A stretch of 64,000 nucleotides of DNA, taken from positions 1,178,001 to 1,242,000 of the forward strand of contig MU054323.1 in assembly GCA_013239625.1 (NCBI GenBank), given 5' to 3'. The notes beneath the pieces were generated by a model. It was not told the origin of the DNA. It did no database searches and worked only from the letters and a program-made list of their open reading frames with translations. Position numbers and translations under genes: made by a program. The first letter of the stretch is position 1. Every line of letters starts with the position of its first letter. This DNA is from Lama guanicoe. Taxonomy: Eukaryota. Of this stretch, positions 13,485 through 27,039 are shown piece by piece.

Positions 13485-13664
13485 GTATAAGAGAACTTGT
13501 CATTGGAATGGAGCCTACCCAGATTAACCAGGATAATCTCATTTCAAGATCCTTAACATAAGTACATCTGAAAATGCCCTTTTTCTAAATAAAATAACAT
13601 TCACAGTTTCTAGATATCAGGATATGGACATATCTTTTGGGGGACCACCATTCAATCCACTACA
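13485..13664 (-). mobile_element. MaLR LTR 5' part (MLT1C/D-like)
   Basis: ccaggataatctcatttcaagatccttaac...atctgaaaatgccctttttctaaataa...gggggaccaccattcaatccactaca is the reverse complement of an MLT1 5' end. Confidence 0.75.
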
Positions 13665-13720
13665 AGAGGGAACACTTCCCAACTCATTTAATGAGGCTGA
13701 TGTTACTCAAATACCAAACT
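13665..13720 (+). mobile_element. Short L1 ORF2 fragment
   Basis: Translates EGTLPNSFNEADVTQIPN, similar to the L1 ORF2 segment EGILPNSFYEASITLIPK. Confidence 0.7.
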
Positions 13721-14654
13721 TGAATTTTTACTGTTCAATCTGTACATTCACATAACTAAACAGTCTAAAACATCTCTATATCCTGCCTGCTGTGAAAATC
13801 AGAGCCACGGTTATTTTAGTCTTTCTAGTTAAAGTAACAGGGTGATATATTACTGCTATGATTCTTTCACGTAATTAACCAAAGATTTTACTGTTTTGAC
13901 ACTTAGAAATACTGATTAGCTATGTTCTACATTGATTTTAGATTAGAGATTGCACATTCCTCCTCTATAGGCCTCTGATCCAGACTAATAGAATTATGAC
14001 TCAAAATTATAGGCCAGACTGTTTTATCAGGTTTTCTTATCATACGGGAATTGCTTTAAATGAGTAGAAAATCTATTTAGTCATTTTTTGCACTTAAACT
14101 TTCAGTAATACATGAAAAATACTTTCCATCAAAATTCAGAACCACTCACATTGGACCCAGGCTAACTTGGTGGTAGCAGTGTCTCATAAAACCTACAACC
14201 CTCTGTTTCACTTAGCTCTTTTCACATCAGTGACTGTGAGCATGTCAAGGGCACCATATCCTTGGCAGCCAACAAAGTGCACGGCACATAAAAAGTGCTT
14301 AGTAATATTTTCTGGACAAATGTCCATTAGTTCTTCCAGAGTATGTCTTCCTTCCCTCCGGAAATCTGTAAGCTCCTTCTGTACTTCAAAACTTACTAAA
14401 TTTACCAAAACCTAAAGGAAAGATTAATGACATAAACAGATACGTAGCCTAATAGCAACTTGATCACTGAGGGAGACAGACTCATACATCAGGACTCTTC
14501 CTTGCTACTGTAGTTTCAGAGTCACCAAATCTAGGTGCTTCTATTTTCAAGTAAATGGGAAGAAGCCTCAAGGGAGGCAGTGAGACTTCTTTTGTGTGAA
14601 TGAACAGGCATAGCCCAGATGACTGCTCTCAAAGATGCTGTAAAAAGGATCCTT

Positions 14655-15196
14655 ACTCAAAGTGAAAGGGGACAGAGAAAGACAAATACTGTGTCAAATC
14701 TTTTTTTTTTAAATCTATACTCATAGATATAGAGAACAGACTTGCCAGAGGTGAAGAGTAGGGGTTTGGTAAAATGGGTGAAGGTGGTCCAAAGGTACAA
14801 ACTTCAAGTTTTAAGGTAAATAAGTTCTGAGGATGTAACATACAGCCTGGTGGCTAACCTGAACAATATTGTATCCTATATTAGAAAGCTGCTCAGAGAG
14901 TAGATCTTAAAAGTTCTCAACCCAAAAAAAGAATATGAAAAAGAATATATATATATACACATAATTGAATCACTATGCTGTACACCAGAAACTAACACAA
15001 CATTGTACATCAAGTATACTTCAATTAAAGAAAAGTTCTCAACACAAGAAGATATTTGTAACTATGTGAAGTGATGAATATTGACTAAATTTATTGCAGT
15101 AGTCATTTCACAGTATATACATAAATCAAATCGTTATTTTGTGAACCTAAAACTACTATAAAATATGTAATTATATCTCAATAAAACTGGAAAAAT
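14655..15196 (+). mobile_element. L1 3' end (L1MA9-like), interrupted by a younger L1 tail
   Basis: gacagagaaagacaaatactg...ggtgaaggtggtccaaaggtacaaacttc...gagagtagatcttaaaagttctc...tatatctcaataaaactggaaaaa. Confidence 0.85.
14922..15030 (+). mobile_element. Very short 5'-truncated L1 3' tail nested in the older L1
   Basis: Similar to 7835-7940 and 41435-41535 (aaagaatatg...tatgctgtacaccagaaactaacacaacattgta). Perfect 13-bp TSD aaaagttctcaac at 14909-14921 and 15031-15043. Confidence 0.9.
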
Positions 15197-18100
15197 ATTT
15201 TTCTATAAAGTTGATTTAAAAAATTGAAAGCATCAGAGACCTCCAAATTCCTCTCTAACACAGAGAATCTTTGAATTTACTTCTGAAAAGCAATGCCTTT
15301 GTCTTGACAGTGGGCTAAATTGCCATTGATCTTGGATTGTAAAATGTCCACACGGGTAAACTAAGTTAGTCATTGCTTTCATCACTAGGAGAAGTTCCTG
15401 AATCCTAGTACCCATTTTTGGACATAAAAATGAGAAAACCATATTAAGGGTTTTAATCATCTCAGGAAAAAAAAATGGATAGAAGATCACCTTATATTTT
15501 TTCATATATTGTACTTGCAATGCAAATATTTAGTTTCCGAGTCTGGTAAATTATTCTAGTCTGCAGACAGGAGTAGAAAGAGAAGAACCACAGGAACTAA
15601 AGAGGATACAGAGGCTCAACTAGATCCTTTGGGAAAAGGAGAGCTGGCAGAAAATAGCTCTCCTCTTTTTCCTCATTTGTTTGCTCAAACCCAGCCTGTG
15701 AAAATGTGCTGGTGACATTTTGAGGAAGTCCCATATTTTTTGTCAGATCACTATCAGATAATTAACATTCCTCCAGGCATTTTCCACACAAGAGTCTTGA
15801 CTTAGAAACTGAAATACTCATTCCAGTGTCAGAATCATCTGCCTCCCTCCTCTTACCCAGCATATAGCTTCTTCCCACCCCTGCAGCAGAGGGGAAACGG
15901 CCTGAATGTGCTTGCTTCCAGCTCCCCGGCACCTCCCCGTCCTGGCTGGCAGTACTTTCAAACTCTCCAGAGTAGAGAACAGGAGAAATAATATTAGGGG
16001 GGTGGGCACAGCCTCCCTAGGCAGCAGTGATGTGTTGGATGTTTGAAGCTAGTTCTTTCTCTGAAGGAAATGTGAATGTGAAGAACATTTATGAGTTTCT
16101 CATAGTTGCACCTACAGGAAACTTCTGACTGCAACTCCCTTCACGCATGCACCGTCTCCAGGCTCACTGCTTAGTTCTAATTCCTCCCTTAGTCTCTGGA
16201 CAGCTGCTGGTCCTCTCTCTCTTTAGGAATTATTTGCTCCATCGGGCAATTCTCCTGGAAGGATCTAAGATGGCCCAGACCAGCTCCCTCCCGGGAAAAT
16301 ACACAGTTCATCCCACTTAGCTTCCTGCATTTCATCCTTTGATATAGTTGCTTCTGCCAGACTTTCCTCTAGAGACAAATTTTGGGGCACAGGCTTTGCC
16401 TTGGTACCTTCACCTCAAAACTCTAAGGACATAGGTCACTTATGCTGAGTGTTTCTCATGCTCTTCCCTCCTGTATGGGTAAGGCAGTGGGTGACAGACA
16501 TACACTGTGTATCAACAACTTTCTCCCCCCAAAAAAGCCTTCTCATCAAAAAAAAAGTCTCCCTTTTCAACTTTTCCAGGCTTAAGGGGTAGATTTTAAT
16601 ATTTGAATTTACCTTTCAGTAGATATTAAGATCTCAAAATTGAAGACTCAGATGTGAGGCATTTCATGGGCCAAGGGATCTATCATCTTTGCTTTGATTA
16701 CTCTCAGTCTGTGAGACACTTAGCCCAAAATGAAATAAGAGTCCCACTTTACCATCCTATTTTATATCGATGTAACACCTTAAATTCTCCCTCTTGCTGC
16801 CAGCAGAACACCACTAATCTCTCCCTGAGTCAGACTATTACTTATGGGTATTTGGGATGAAAATGCGCTTTTCAGAGCTGCTGCCACCCACATTAATCAG
16901 CTCTTATGTAAGGTCAATCTACCTCCCGATGACACCCGATCAAATTAAGCCTCCATGACAGGCACGTTGGACACTTCTGGGGATGACAGAAATATAAGGA
17001 GAAAGCCACCCTCAAGTTGAAGTAAACTCAGCCAAGAGTGGATGTGATGGGATTAGCTTGTGACTATCCGGTCTATGCAATTAGCACCTCATAATGGCTG
17101 GTTTATGGTAAATACTCAGTACCTTGCAGTTTTCATCTCTTCCTTACTGCATCTCACGTTTCAAATGAAGAAAACAAGAATTTGCCTGTTTTTCTCCAGT
17201 CATTCTGAGAAGAAAAATCACACAAGATAATGCATATGCAAGAGCATTATATAACCTCTTTGTGTTCTCTGCATGTTTGCCATCCAGAAAAATTCCATGA
17301 AACTGTTATCTAATGGAATAGATTAAGTGTTAATTTTGAAAATAGGGTGAAATCTGCATCTACATCAATCATGTGAAGAATGCATGGAAGAGAATGTTTT
17401 CCTTTAACACAAGAAAAATAAGACTAACATGGTGGTGACGAGCCTTACTGAAAGTCACACAAATCAGAGGCACATTTCCCCTCATTCCAGCACTAGAAAA
17501 AACAATGAAGGAAGCAGAAAATTCTGTTTCCCAACTTTAGGAGAAAGACTGAGAGTCCCTGGTGACCTATCCTTTCTTATAGACGCTGCTACCATGAAGG
17601 CACATAACTCATGGCTGAGAGACACGATGCAATCTATTTTCATCAAAGAAAGAAAGAAAATTGCAGAAATTTGAACATAATTTAGGCTACAGCAGGACAT
17701 TTGTCGAGCCTTTGCAGCAATGCCATTTTACTTATAAACAGTTTAGAGGAGGAATATTTATAGCCCTTCAACCTCTCCCACTGGCCCTGAAAGAAATTGA
17801 ATTTCCAACCAAACCATTTACAAGGAGAGAGCTATTCATTCTAATAAAACCATACGGTAAGTACATTAAGTAGGGATAAAAAAATGTCTTTTGATGAATA
17901 GAGAGACATTATACTCATAGGAGTGGCAGCAGCCTCAGTGGAAGTTAAGCTTGGCTGCTTCTGATCTTACTTGAAGTTTTTTCCGGCCCTTAAAGCATGG
18001 CAGTACTACAGTAGACTGCTTTAGCATTACACAAGTGCAATTAACCAAAGGGCTAATTTCAGCCTAGAGAGTCAGGACACGGGGTGATGTATGAAGAAGA

Positions 18101-20959
18101 AAAATGCCACAAACCCCTTAAAAGGAACTTCAACTCCTAGTCAATTTATTTATAGCCCTAGCACCAAAATGAACTCGGAGGGGATACCAGAAGGTATGGA
18201 ATATAATATTACTTTTGAAAAAATGTTTTATCTATTTGGGGAGAAAGGACCAGCATATTCAATATAAAATATTGCAAAATTGAACATAATTGTAAATTAA
18301 AAACGGACTGTCAAGTATTAAAGTAATTGGGGCAAATTCAGATGAACTTCCCTGAGGTTTCACCAGTAGGTGAAAAGAATATGAATTCAAAAGTTTGGAG
18401 AAAATATGGATTGAGCTTGGAAAATGCGAAGAAGTGAGAAAGAAGAAGGCATTAATGATTACACCCTTGTTCCTGACTTAAGAGACAGTGAATGGTGGTA
18501 GCGTTCACTCAGATGTGTAACATAGAATGAGAACTGGGAGAAAATATGATGTATTAATTTAGATGTGTTGAGTCTGAATGTTCTATGAGAATTCAAAGAA
18601 AAAGTTCAGCAGTGGTCTGATAATATATATGGAGTCCGATAGGCATATAAATGCTGGAGACGAAGAAGTCACAGTTGCTGGGAATGAAGATTAGCTCTAA
18701 AGTAGTATTATTTTGCTTTCCTTTCAGATTATATGAGTTAACAATCCCTTGTGACTGCACCAAATCCTAACCTTGTTTAAAAAGAACGATGTGTTATATG
18801 TAAGAACACGTTTGTTAAACATATAACAATATGTTCACATATAACAATGTTCAGTACATATAATAATAATCAAATATTGTTTCAGGAAAGATGTTCCCAA
18901 ATTATATCTAACTGTTAGCTCAGCTGTAAATGGCTCCTTGGACTCATTTTTAGCTATCTCAGGCAACACTTCTGGAATAAAGTCCCTAAAAAAAATCACC
19001 CTTGGCTCTCTGTTAGCCAAGAAGCATATAAGTCTGAGTTTTCCAACTTGGAAAGTCAAATATTCTGCAAAATTCCGTTTTATGTATCTGCTGAATTGGG
19101 GGGCTGTCAAGCTCTGGAACTGGAGTCACTCATCCAAATACCAGTCAGTGGAGTGTAGGTAGTGATATTTCTGCTGGGTGAGCCACAAGCAGCACCAAAA
19201 AACAAAGAATATAAGTAAAACAAAGAGACAGGCAACACACACATACATGCACAGATTCTAGCCCTCAGGGACTATGTTATAAATGAGGATAAGAATTTTC
19301 AACTAAGCTTGGAAAAAGCAGGGAGAAGAAATGATACATCAAACAGAAGACAGGACTATGATAGTACATGACAAGAAGCAGTTGCTTCTGTATCTCACAA
19401 AAATCTTCCCATTTCCCTAAGTGCTAGAAACCAAAACTAGTTTCTTTGTTCATCAAACAAAATGAAAGAGCAAGTCTATTTGTATTCTGATGAGAATTGG
19501 AGAGAAAATTCCAGTTTTTCTCAACAAATATAAGTAGGTGATGAACTAGAGCAAACAATGGATGGGGAGGGTACTAAGTATCTTGAGAAATACCAACATA
19601 TAAGAAACAGACAGAGAACAAGATGCCTGCAAAGATATTCCAGGAGGAGATAACACGACTCAACTGAAATTAGAAAAATGAACTATTGGGTAATAAAAAG
19701 CCTTAGGGGATCTGATTTAATTGATGAATAAAAGTGCTATGTGATTAAAACACTGTATTATAATTACTGCAACAAGACTGTAACTCAGTGTGTAAAATAG
19801 AAACGGATGAGGTGAGATGACTATGTGTGCAGAAAAGAACTCAGTAAGGACAAGAGGGAACACTCTGATCTCAACAAGAAACTCCTAGGAGTTCCTCTAG
19901 CTGTAGGGATATCAGAGAAACATTTTTTAACTTAGGTGCTTAGATGTAAACAACGTTTAAATAAGCAGTATTTATGATATTTGTAAAATGTAGGGATTCT
20001 TGGCAAATAGAAAGTCAGGTCCCAGCCCAATGAACGTGAAGAAGAGTTAGTATGAAGGAATACGAGCAACGCTTGTTCTAGAGCAGGGGAAGTGAGAAAG
20101 AATATTTGACCACAACCAAGACACATGAAGATTGATATGAGTCACGCTGACAGTAAGGATGGAAGCTTTTCCTCTCCTAATTGAGAAATGAGGGGGCCAC
20201 TGGTCAATGCAGAATGTTCAGATATGGGTGAGTCTATATGTTCTCCCATGAGGTCTGTATAAGACAATAAAACAGCATAACCCTATGTTCTGGGGAAGAG
20301 TCTCTACCCTTCCTGTGAGTCTAACTTGCTCGTCAAGATTGCTATTACTGAATGACATTATTAATATGCTTTTAAGGGGGCTTTTGCTTCTAAGGAAGCT
20401 ACGTAAACCCAGCTACCATATCATTTACATTATTACTATCCTTTGTAAATCTTATGTTAATAGGATTTTGCAATAGCAAAATTTTTCCCCTCTCAATGAC
20501 CACAAACCTGAGGCTATGTCCTGCCAAATATATCCCTGAAACTTCTGCTTATTCCTTTCTTTCCCGTTTACATTGCCCTATCACTGTTGTCACTCTCTTG
20601 GACTTCTCTATTCATACACAACTGATTTTTCTACCTACATATCTCGTCTCTGTCATTCATCCTTCACGCTGCCACCAGAATACAGTGCTACAATTATTAG
20701 TGATCTGCATAAAAATAAATAACTACTTGCCTAAAAATAAAATGCACATTTCTACCCGTGGTACTCAAAACTTATTAAAAACTTGGTTCCAACCTTTGTT
20801 TTTCCATCTGCATCCTTTATTGCTACTCCATTCTCTATCACCTCACCACTCCACCATCTTTTCCAGTTTGAGGGCTGAATAAATCACAGCTTTTCATGAG
20901 CTACTTTGCTCATGCATTCATGTAATCTTGATGTTGGCTGGTGTCTCCCTGCCCCTAGA

Positions 20960-21255
20960 TATTTTGGAATCTTCATTATAGTTCTAAAGTATTCATTTCC
21001 CCTTTCTGTTAAAAAAGATCAGTCTTTCTGCTACACTGACGTCGGGCCTGGCTATGTGACTCGTTTGACCAATGAAAGTAGAAGTAATATTTCCTTGCAG
21101 CAGCTATTAAGAGCCATGATATAATTCTGATGCTACTGTTTTTCTTTTGCCATGAGAACAGCATATCCCAGACATGGGCTGCTCCTTCACTTGGATGACA
21201 AATGAAATTCTGTGGTACAGAGCTGAAGTGGACCCACACGTAACATGAAATATAG
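20960..21255 (+). mobile_element. Old MaLR LTR (MLT1I/J-like), partial
   Basis: gggcctggctatgtgactcgtttgaccaatgaaa...ttaagagccatg...ggctgctccttca motifs typical of old MLT1. Confidence 0.65.
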
Positions 21256-21919
21256 GCTGGATTGCTTGCGCAAATTATTCAGCAAAAGTGGACTGATACA
21301 AAGATCTGGTTAAATAAAGTCCAAATACCAGTTCCAGGCCTGTGTCAATTCAAAGTCCTCCCCAAGTTTCCATGTCTTACTCCCTCTTACATACTCCTCT
21401 CTGCCTTCACTTCAGAGAGTACTAATCGTGTCACGTATAAAACCTAGACTCAAAGCACAGCCCTTTCATAGTCCTCCGTAAGAAGTCTAATCATACTCAG
21501 TACTTCATGAGTTCGGTAACATTCGGGAAAATTTGGATGATTGAGAGCTTGGATCGCATCTCACAGTGTACAGTCTTTGGTTTACACCGTCTTCACTCCT
21601 CCATACTCCACAGCCTTCCAAAAGTGTGTTGCAACTCAGGACTCTCTCCACCTCCCACAGTGCTCCCCTGAGAAGGCAGATCAATGCTCCTACCGTGTCT
21701 CTGTCTCCCACAGTCCCACAGAGCTGTCTGTTTTCCCCAGACTGATTCCCATCAGTTATTTAAACCAAAATTTCATTTGCCATGAAACCATATTTTAATG
21801 GTATCACAACTAATGTCCTACTCTGAGACATAATACCTAAACTCCTAGCAGACTTTTCCATCTTAAAAGCAACTTCATGTCCATTATCTTATCATATCAT
21901 CACTATTTTGCCCTCAATC

Positions 21920-22040
21920 TCTGTGCAGGCAAGTGCCATGACTCATGTAACATAGAGTCCACAGCTCCCAGCACACTGCCTGACACACAGCAGGCACTCG
22001 GTCAGTACCTGTGGGTGAACAATGAATGAATAAATGAAAG
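21920..22040 (+). mobile_element. L2 LINE 3' end
   Basis: cccagcacactgcctgacacacagcaggcactc followed by a (TGAA)n-like tail. Confidence 0.75.
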
Positions 22041-22844
22041 CAGGAACACAGTTATTAAGTGACAAGCCAAGGATCTAAAGGGGCTTCTGTGTCTAAGGGA
22101 GCTACATAAACCCTGCTACCACATTATCTACTCTATTAATAACCTTTGCAAACCTACATTAATAGGATTGCACATCAGTACAATTTTTGCCAGCTCAATG
22201 ACAACATAAGGGACAGGAGTGGAATTTTAGCTCCTTTCTCTGATTCCAGTCTCCAGGGCTTTACTGCTCCGTGCCACTGCCACAGACTTATAGCCCCTTT
22301 ACTATGGAGGGGTGCAAACAGAGGTAGAGTGAACGCAAGCCAGTGTTTTCAAAGAGAGGGTTGAAGTGTCAGACAGGTATTGAATTAAAAGGTTTTTAAG
22401 GTTTCCTCCAGTCTGAAGTTTCAATGAAAAATCTAAGAATACTCTGAGATTTGCTATAGGTATCTGTAATACGGAATTTTTCCTCTAGAACATGTTTTGT
22501 TTACATTCATGAAACTGAGTGGATATAGGTCATATAAATTCAGCATACCTGGATGTTCCAAAGGGATAATGTAAAAGGAGACAACAAAGTCATCAATCCT
22601 ACCAGCAAACACTGTCTTCCTGACTCTGCAATGATCGATGACAAGTTGTCTCTGTCTCTTAAATAATTCATCCTCCTCAGTGTTTACAAGTTTACAAACA
22701 TAAGAGGATTTACACTTTCATAATCACATGAATTCTCCTTTTTAAAAGCCTCAAGTCAGTTTTTGTAAGTGCATACGTTTATTATTCCCTGGCTGTTGTT
22801 GTCACAGAGTGATCAGAGTCATCATTCTCTCCTAGAAACATATA

Positions 22845-22995
22845 ATTTGGAATCAGATGACCTGTGCAGAGGTTTTAACTCAACTGCTTATTGATTGCGT
22901 GACCTCGGGCAAGGCATACAAGTTTCGGGTTTGTGATCTCTAAACCAGGATTAACAATAAACATAAGTGATCAGTGAGGATCAAATGAGATAAGG
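22845..22995 (+). mobile_element. MIR SINE
   Basis: tggaatcagatgacctg...gcgtgacctcgggcaag...gtgaggatcaaatgagataa. Confidence 0.7.
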
Positions 22996-23239
22996 CGGTG
23001 ACTTAAAAATTTGATTCGATGGAGACTCAGGGATGGGGAGAGGCCAAGCAAGAGGAGCCACAGGCCCCCTCCCCATCCTCCATTGCTTGGGCCAGAGAAA
23101 GTCAGCTTTTAATTTTGTAGATCTCAGCTTCAGATCTTTAAATACCTAGTTCAGTCATTTGTCAACCACGTCAGTGGTTGTTTCCAATATGAAGATTCCT
23201 TCGCAATTGTGAGATGCTGTAGAGCTCACAGAGCGCATC

Positions 23240-23380
23240 CATATACATTATCTCATTTATAATCCTTACCATGACACACAAAAAATTATCTTCCCCATTT
23301 GGATGCTGAAGGATTGAGGCCCTAGAAGATTAAGTGATCTGCCATAGTTCCCAAGATGAGGCAGCAGTAGCCCCCAGCCA
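23240..23380 (-). mobile_element. MIR SINE
   Basis: attatctcatttataatcct...ccccatttggatgctgaaggattgaggccc...ttaagtgatctgcc (reverse MIR core). Confidence 0.7.
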
Positions 23381-24804
23381 GAGAGAGGCACGCTCTTCCT
23401 GCAACTCTGGGCAGCCTTCACGGTCCTGTTTTCTCCAATACACAAGATACCATCTTTAATTTGAAAACTATTTACCTTTTCAGATGGCCTATGTTCTCCC
23501 AATAAACAAGCCACATTCTCATTTTCCTTCAAAGAATGAAACTTCTGGCTTATCTTAAGAAGGTAAAAGCATTGATTCAAACTCTGATAAGACTTACAAC
23601 ATAGCCCATGTTTCTGTTTGTAAGGCCATAAAGAACACAGTGTCCCCAGAGCATGGAGATAGTTATCCCGGCCCCAGCAGAGCACCCTGGGAGGGACAAT
23701 TGTCACTAATGGAAATCACAAATGTATTGGCAAGAAGCGTCACAGAATTTTCTTGTTAATTATACTAATTTTCTTCTCGTTTAAGAGGAGCAACTATCTG
23801 GATTTTTTTTCTAGTTAACATTCTCTGTCGATCTCCCCCATAATCACACATGCATGGATATATTAAGATATTTTCTCTACTCACAGAATTCATTAATTCA
23901 TTCACTGACTTAACATGCAGTAAGCAGTTCGCTTATGCAGGACATGGTATCATGAATGCTGAATTTATAATAACCAGTTCCTGCCACCAAAATGTTCAGT
24001 CTTGTGGGGAAAAAGTCACTTGTATAAATACATAGCAGAATGAAGTATGTATGTGAGAGAGGTACAAACAGTTCTGAGGATGCAGTGGGGAGAGACTGCT
24101 TGACCTGGGTTGTCAGTAGCAATTTCTGGGGTGAGATAGTCTTAGTGCTGCAAGTTTACAAGAGACCGAATCTCACCAGGTAAAAACAGGGGAGAGTCTA
24201 TTCATGTCGGAAGGAATGACAATGTCAAGGAAACAGTCTGAAAAGCTTGGAAGAAGCAAAATGTGATGGTAAAAATCATCAGACTGTAGAGTTGGATAGT
24301 CTAAATTTCCATTTTAGCGCCAACTTATTCATCAGCTGTGTGATCTTGGACAAGTTACTTGATCTTCCTTTACCTTAATACAGTCATTTTAAAACAGAAA
24401 TTAGAATAGATGTCTTGTTATAAAAATATGGATCTTCAGGCATAGTTTTGCTTGAATTTTCAGTTTGAGTTTTAAAAGTCCCTGATACAAAGAGCTGGGC
24501 TCACATGAGTGAGCTGATAAATAACAATTTAAAAATTGGACTTTGACATAAAACCAGCTGTTACAGAGCTAACATAAAAGATTATACTAATACACATGAA
24601 AATAATGAATTAAATGCAAGTTCAAAACCTCAAAGGCTTGTATTTACCTAATATTATTCTTTTCATTGCTCTACCAGTCTGTTAGGGAGAATGAAATCTT
24701 CCCATCTCCTTTAAGAGGTGTTGTCCATGTTCCTATATTAAGAAGTAGTGCCTGCACTTCCATAGCGAAAGTTAAATTACAAGAATTAGGATTGAAAACA
24801 AAGA

Positions 24805-24990
24805 AAAGTTTCTTTATAGAAATTGACAGGCTGATTTTTTAGGTGAATATGAAAATTTAAACAGTCAAGAATCGCCAAGACAGTTTGAAGAACAATGGGC
24901 GAGAACATACTCCGATGGATATTAAAATTTGTTTTAAAACTACAGTAATTAATACTCGTGTTGATGTGAAGATGAACAAATAGTCCACTG
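24805..24990 (+). mobile_element. Old L1 (L1M/ME) ORF2 fragment
   Basis: tttatagaaattgacaggctgatt...caagaatcgccaagacagtttgaagaac...aaaactacagtaatt, matching the FFXEIDKLI...RIAKTIL...YKATVI region. Confidence 0.7.
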
Positions 24991-26404
24991 CTACTCTTGA
25001 AGCATGAGAGCTGAAAATCACACCTTCCACATCCCTTTCCCTGTCTCAGTACTCTCTCATCCACCACCAGAAATCTGGCTGTATATCATGGTAGGTAGAA
25101 CACAGCTCTGAAGTCAGATTTCCAGAATTAGATGCCCAGAGAGAACCAGAATGTTCTTAACAAAGGCTTGTCTGGTGACCCAGCAATGCTCTTAGAATAT
25201 GGTAGCTGACTCTACTTTACACTCTCAAAGGCACCCTTCAAATTAGAATAGAATTGTTCTAATATAACGTAATTCAATACAGTATAAAACCTCTTATTTT
25301 GATGCAAAAGATGCACCCATCCTGGAAGAGTACATACTGCAGAAGGGGAAGTACCATATCATCACACAGCTAATCAAGGACTCAGCCAGTTTCAGCATTC
25401 AGATTTTGATTCTTAAATAGATAGAGGGGTTTTTTGTTGTTGTTGTTTTTACTTTTCTTCTCTTTCTCTTTTCTAACTGCCTCTACACAATACATTAAAA
25501 TTGCTAGAATGCTTACTTTTTATCCCTGGGAAATAATCTCTTGGTGTCCTCAAGGTTATCCCAAGTTCTCACGCATTCCCTATGGTGATTATTGGCTCTG
25601 CTCCCTGTGTAAACTTGCATAGCAGAGATGCTTCACTTTGAGACAAACTATGTCCAAGTTCCTCATCCAGGACAGGAGATTTAATGAGACAAAATGAACT
25701 TCTGGAAGTATCTTGGGAACCAATTAAGAGAATTTTAAAAAGAAAACAAAAATAATCTACAAAGAATTTGGAAGGAAAAGAATAATGCCTTGCTATTCTT
25801 TAAAGGCACAAGTAATAGAAGGGAAATATTTTTTCACCAGAATAATTTTATTTAATTGTAGCATCTGGTTTCCTCTAAAATGTGTAAATAAACTTCAGAG
25901 AAAGGGAATAAAAGGAGGACATAAAATTAGGAAAATAAGTAAATCAGAGCTTGCGGGAAAAAACCTGTTATCACAATGGTATTGTGTCCACATGACAAAT
26001 CTGTTACATATAAACAATGAGCAATGGTGGTCTAAAAAATAAATAAATGGTGGTCCACTTCACATCTTCTACATTCTGGTCAGCCACAAGTCTCACTCTT
26101 CTCCACCTATGCCCCAGACCATTTGCCTCCATGTGCTTCCTCTGTCTGAAATCCTTACTATGCCTCTGTACTCATATAAATACCAGGCCCAGGCCCAGGT
26201 AACTTCTCCATTTATTTAATTTTAAAATAGGTATTCTATTCACATGGATCAAACCTTCACAGTCTCCCTCCCACTACTGTTCCCCAGCCACCAGTTACCT
26301 CCACGGAAGTGACAAAGAATATGTTTCCCCGTGTGTTCTTCAATTAAGCAGGATATTTTGTAAACATGTGTGTCCATTTCCATATTTTACACCAATATGT
26401 CATT

Positions 26405-26529
26405 ATTAACTCTTTGTTATCTTAGGCAAGTTATTTAAGCTTCTGCAGCAGTCTCTTCGTCCATAAAATGGGAGAAAAATAATACTACAGGTATCATAGG
26501 GCTGTCTTGAGGATTAAATGAATTCACTC

Positions 26530-26562
<33 letters not shown>

Positions 26563-26660
26563 CATATACATTTATATATACACACACATACATATATACA
26601 TATGAATCACTTAGCATGGGATCTGGCACAAAGCAAACTCTATACAAGTATTTGATATTA
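26405..26660 (+). mobile_element. MIR SINE split by a (CA)n/(TA)n microsatellite at 26529-26603
   Basis: ttaggcaagttattta...cataaaatggg...gaggattaaatga, then the microsatellite, then cacttagcatgggatctggcaca. Confidence 0.75.
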
Positions 26661-27039
26661 TCGTTTCATTTTAATCATAATTTCATATGAAAATAAATAT
26701 TAATTAACAATATATCTACTGGCTCTCTAATACTCCATTATATTTTCGTACACTGTTTATTTAGAGATATCCTCTTATAGAAAATTTAGGGTCTTTACAG
26801 TTTTCCTTTATTGCAATGAACATCATCAAGAATTTTGTGCACTTGTCAAATTAACTTCTTAAAAGAAGTTAAATCTTAAATTTCAGCAATGGAGTTGATG
26901 GCAATGTTTTAATGGCCTTTAAAAGAAAGGTATGGGCAAAATTGCAGCATAAATAGATGTAAGAGCTTCCCTTCCAATTTCAAACCATCAAAACTAGAAT
27001 TTTCTATGGCTCACATCAAAAAGGATGAATTTTCTAACT

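Noticed and set aside
20454..20882. 142-aa plus-strand ORF
   Set aside because: It overlaps pyrimidine-rich, L2-like decayed sequence and shows no protein motif.
23266..23706. 146-aa minus-strand ORF
   Set aside because: Non-ATG start, no recognisable domain, and its 3' part runs through a MIR.
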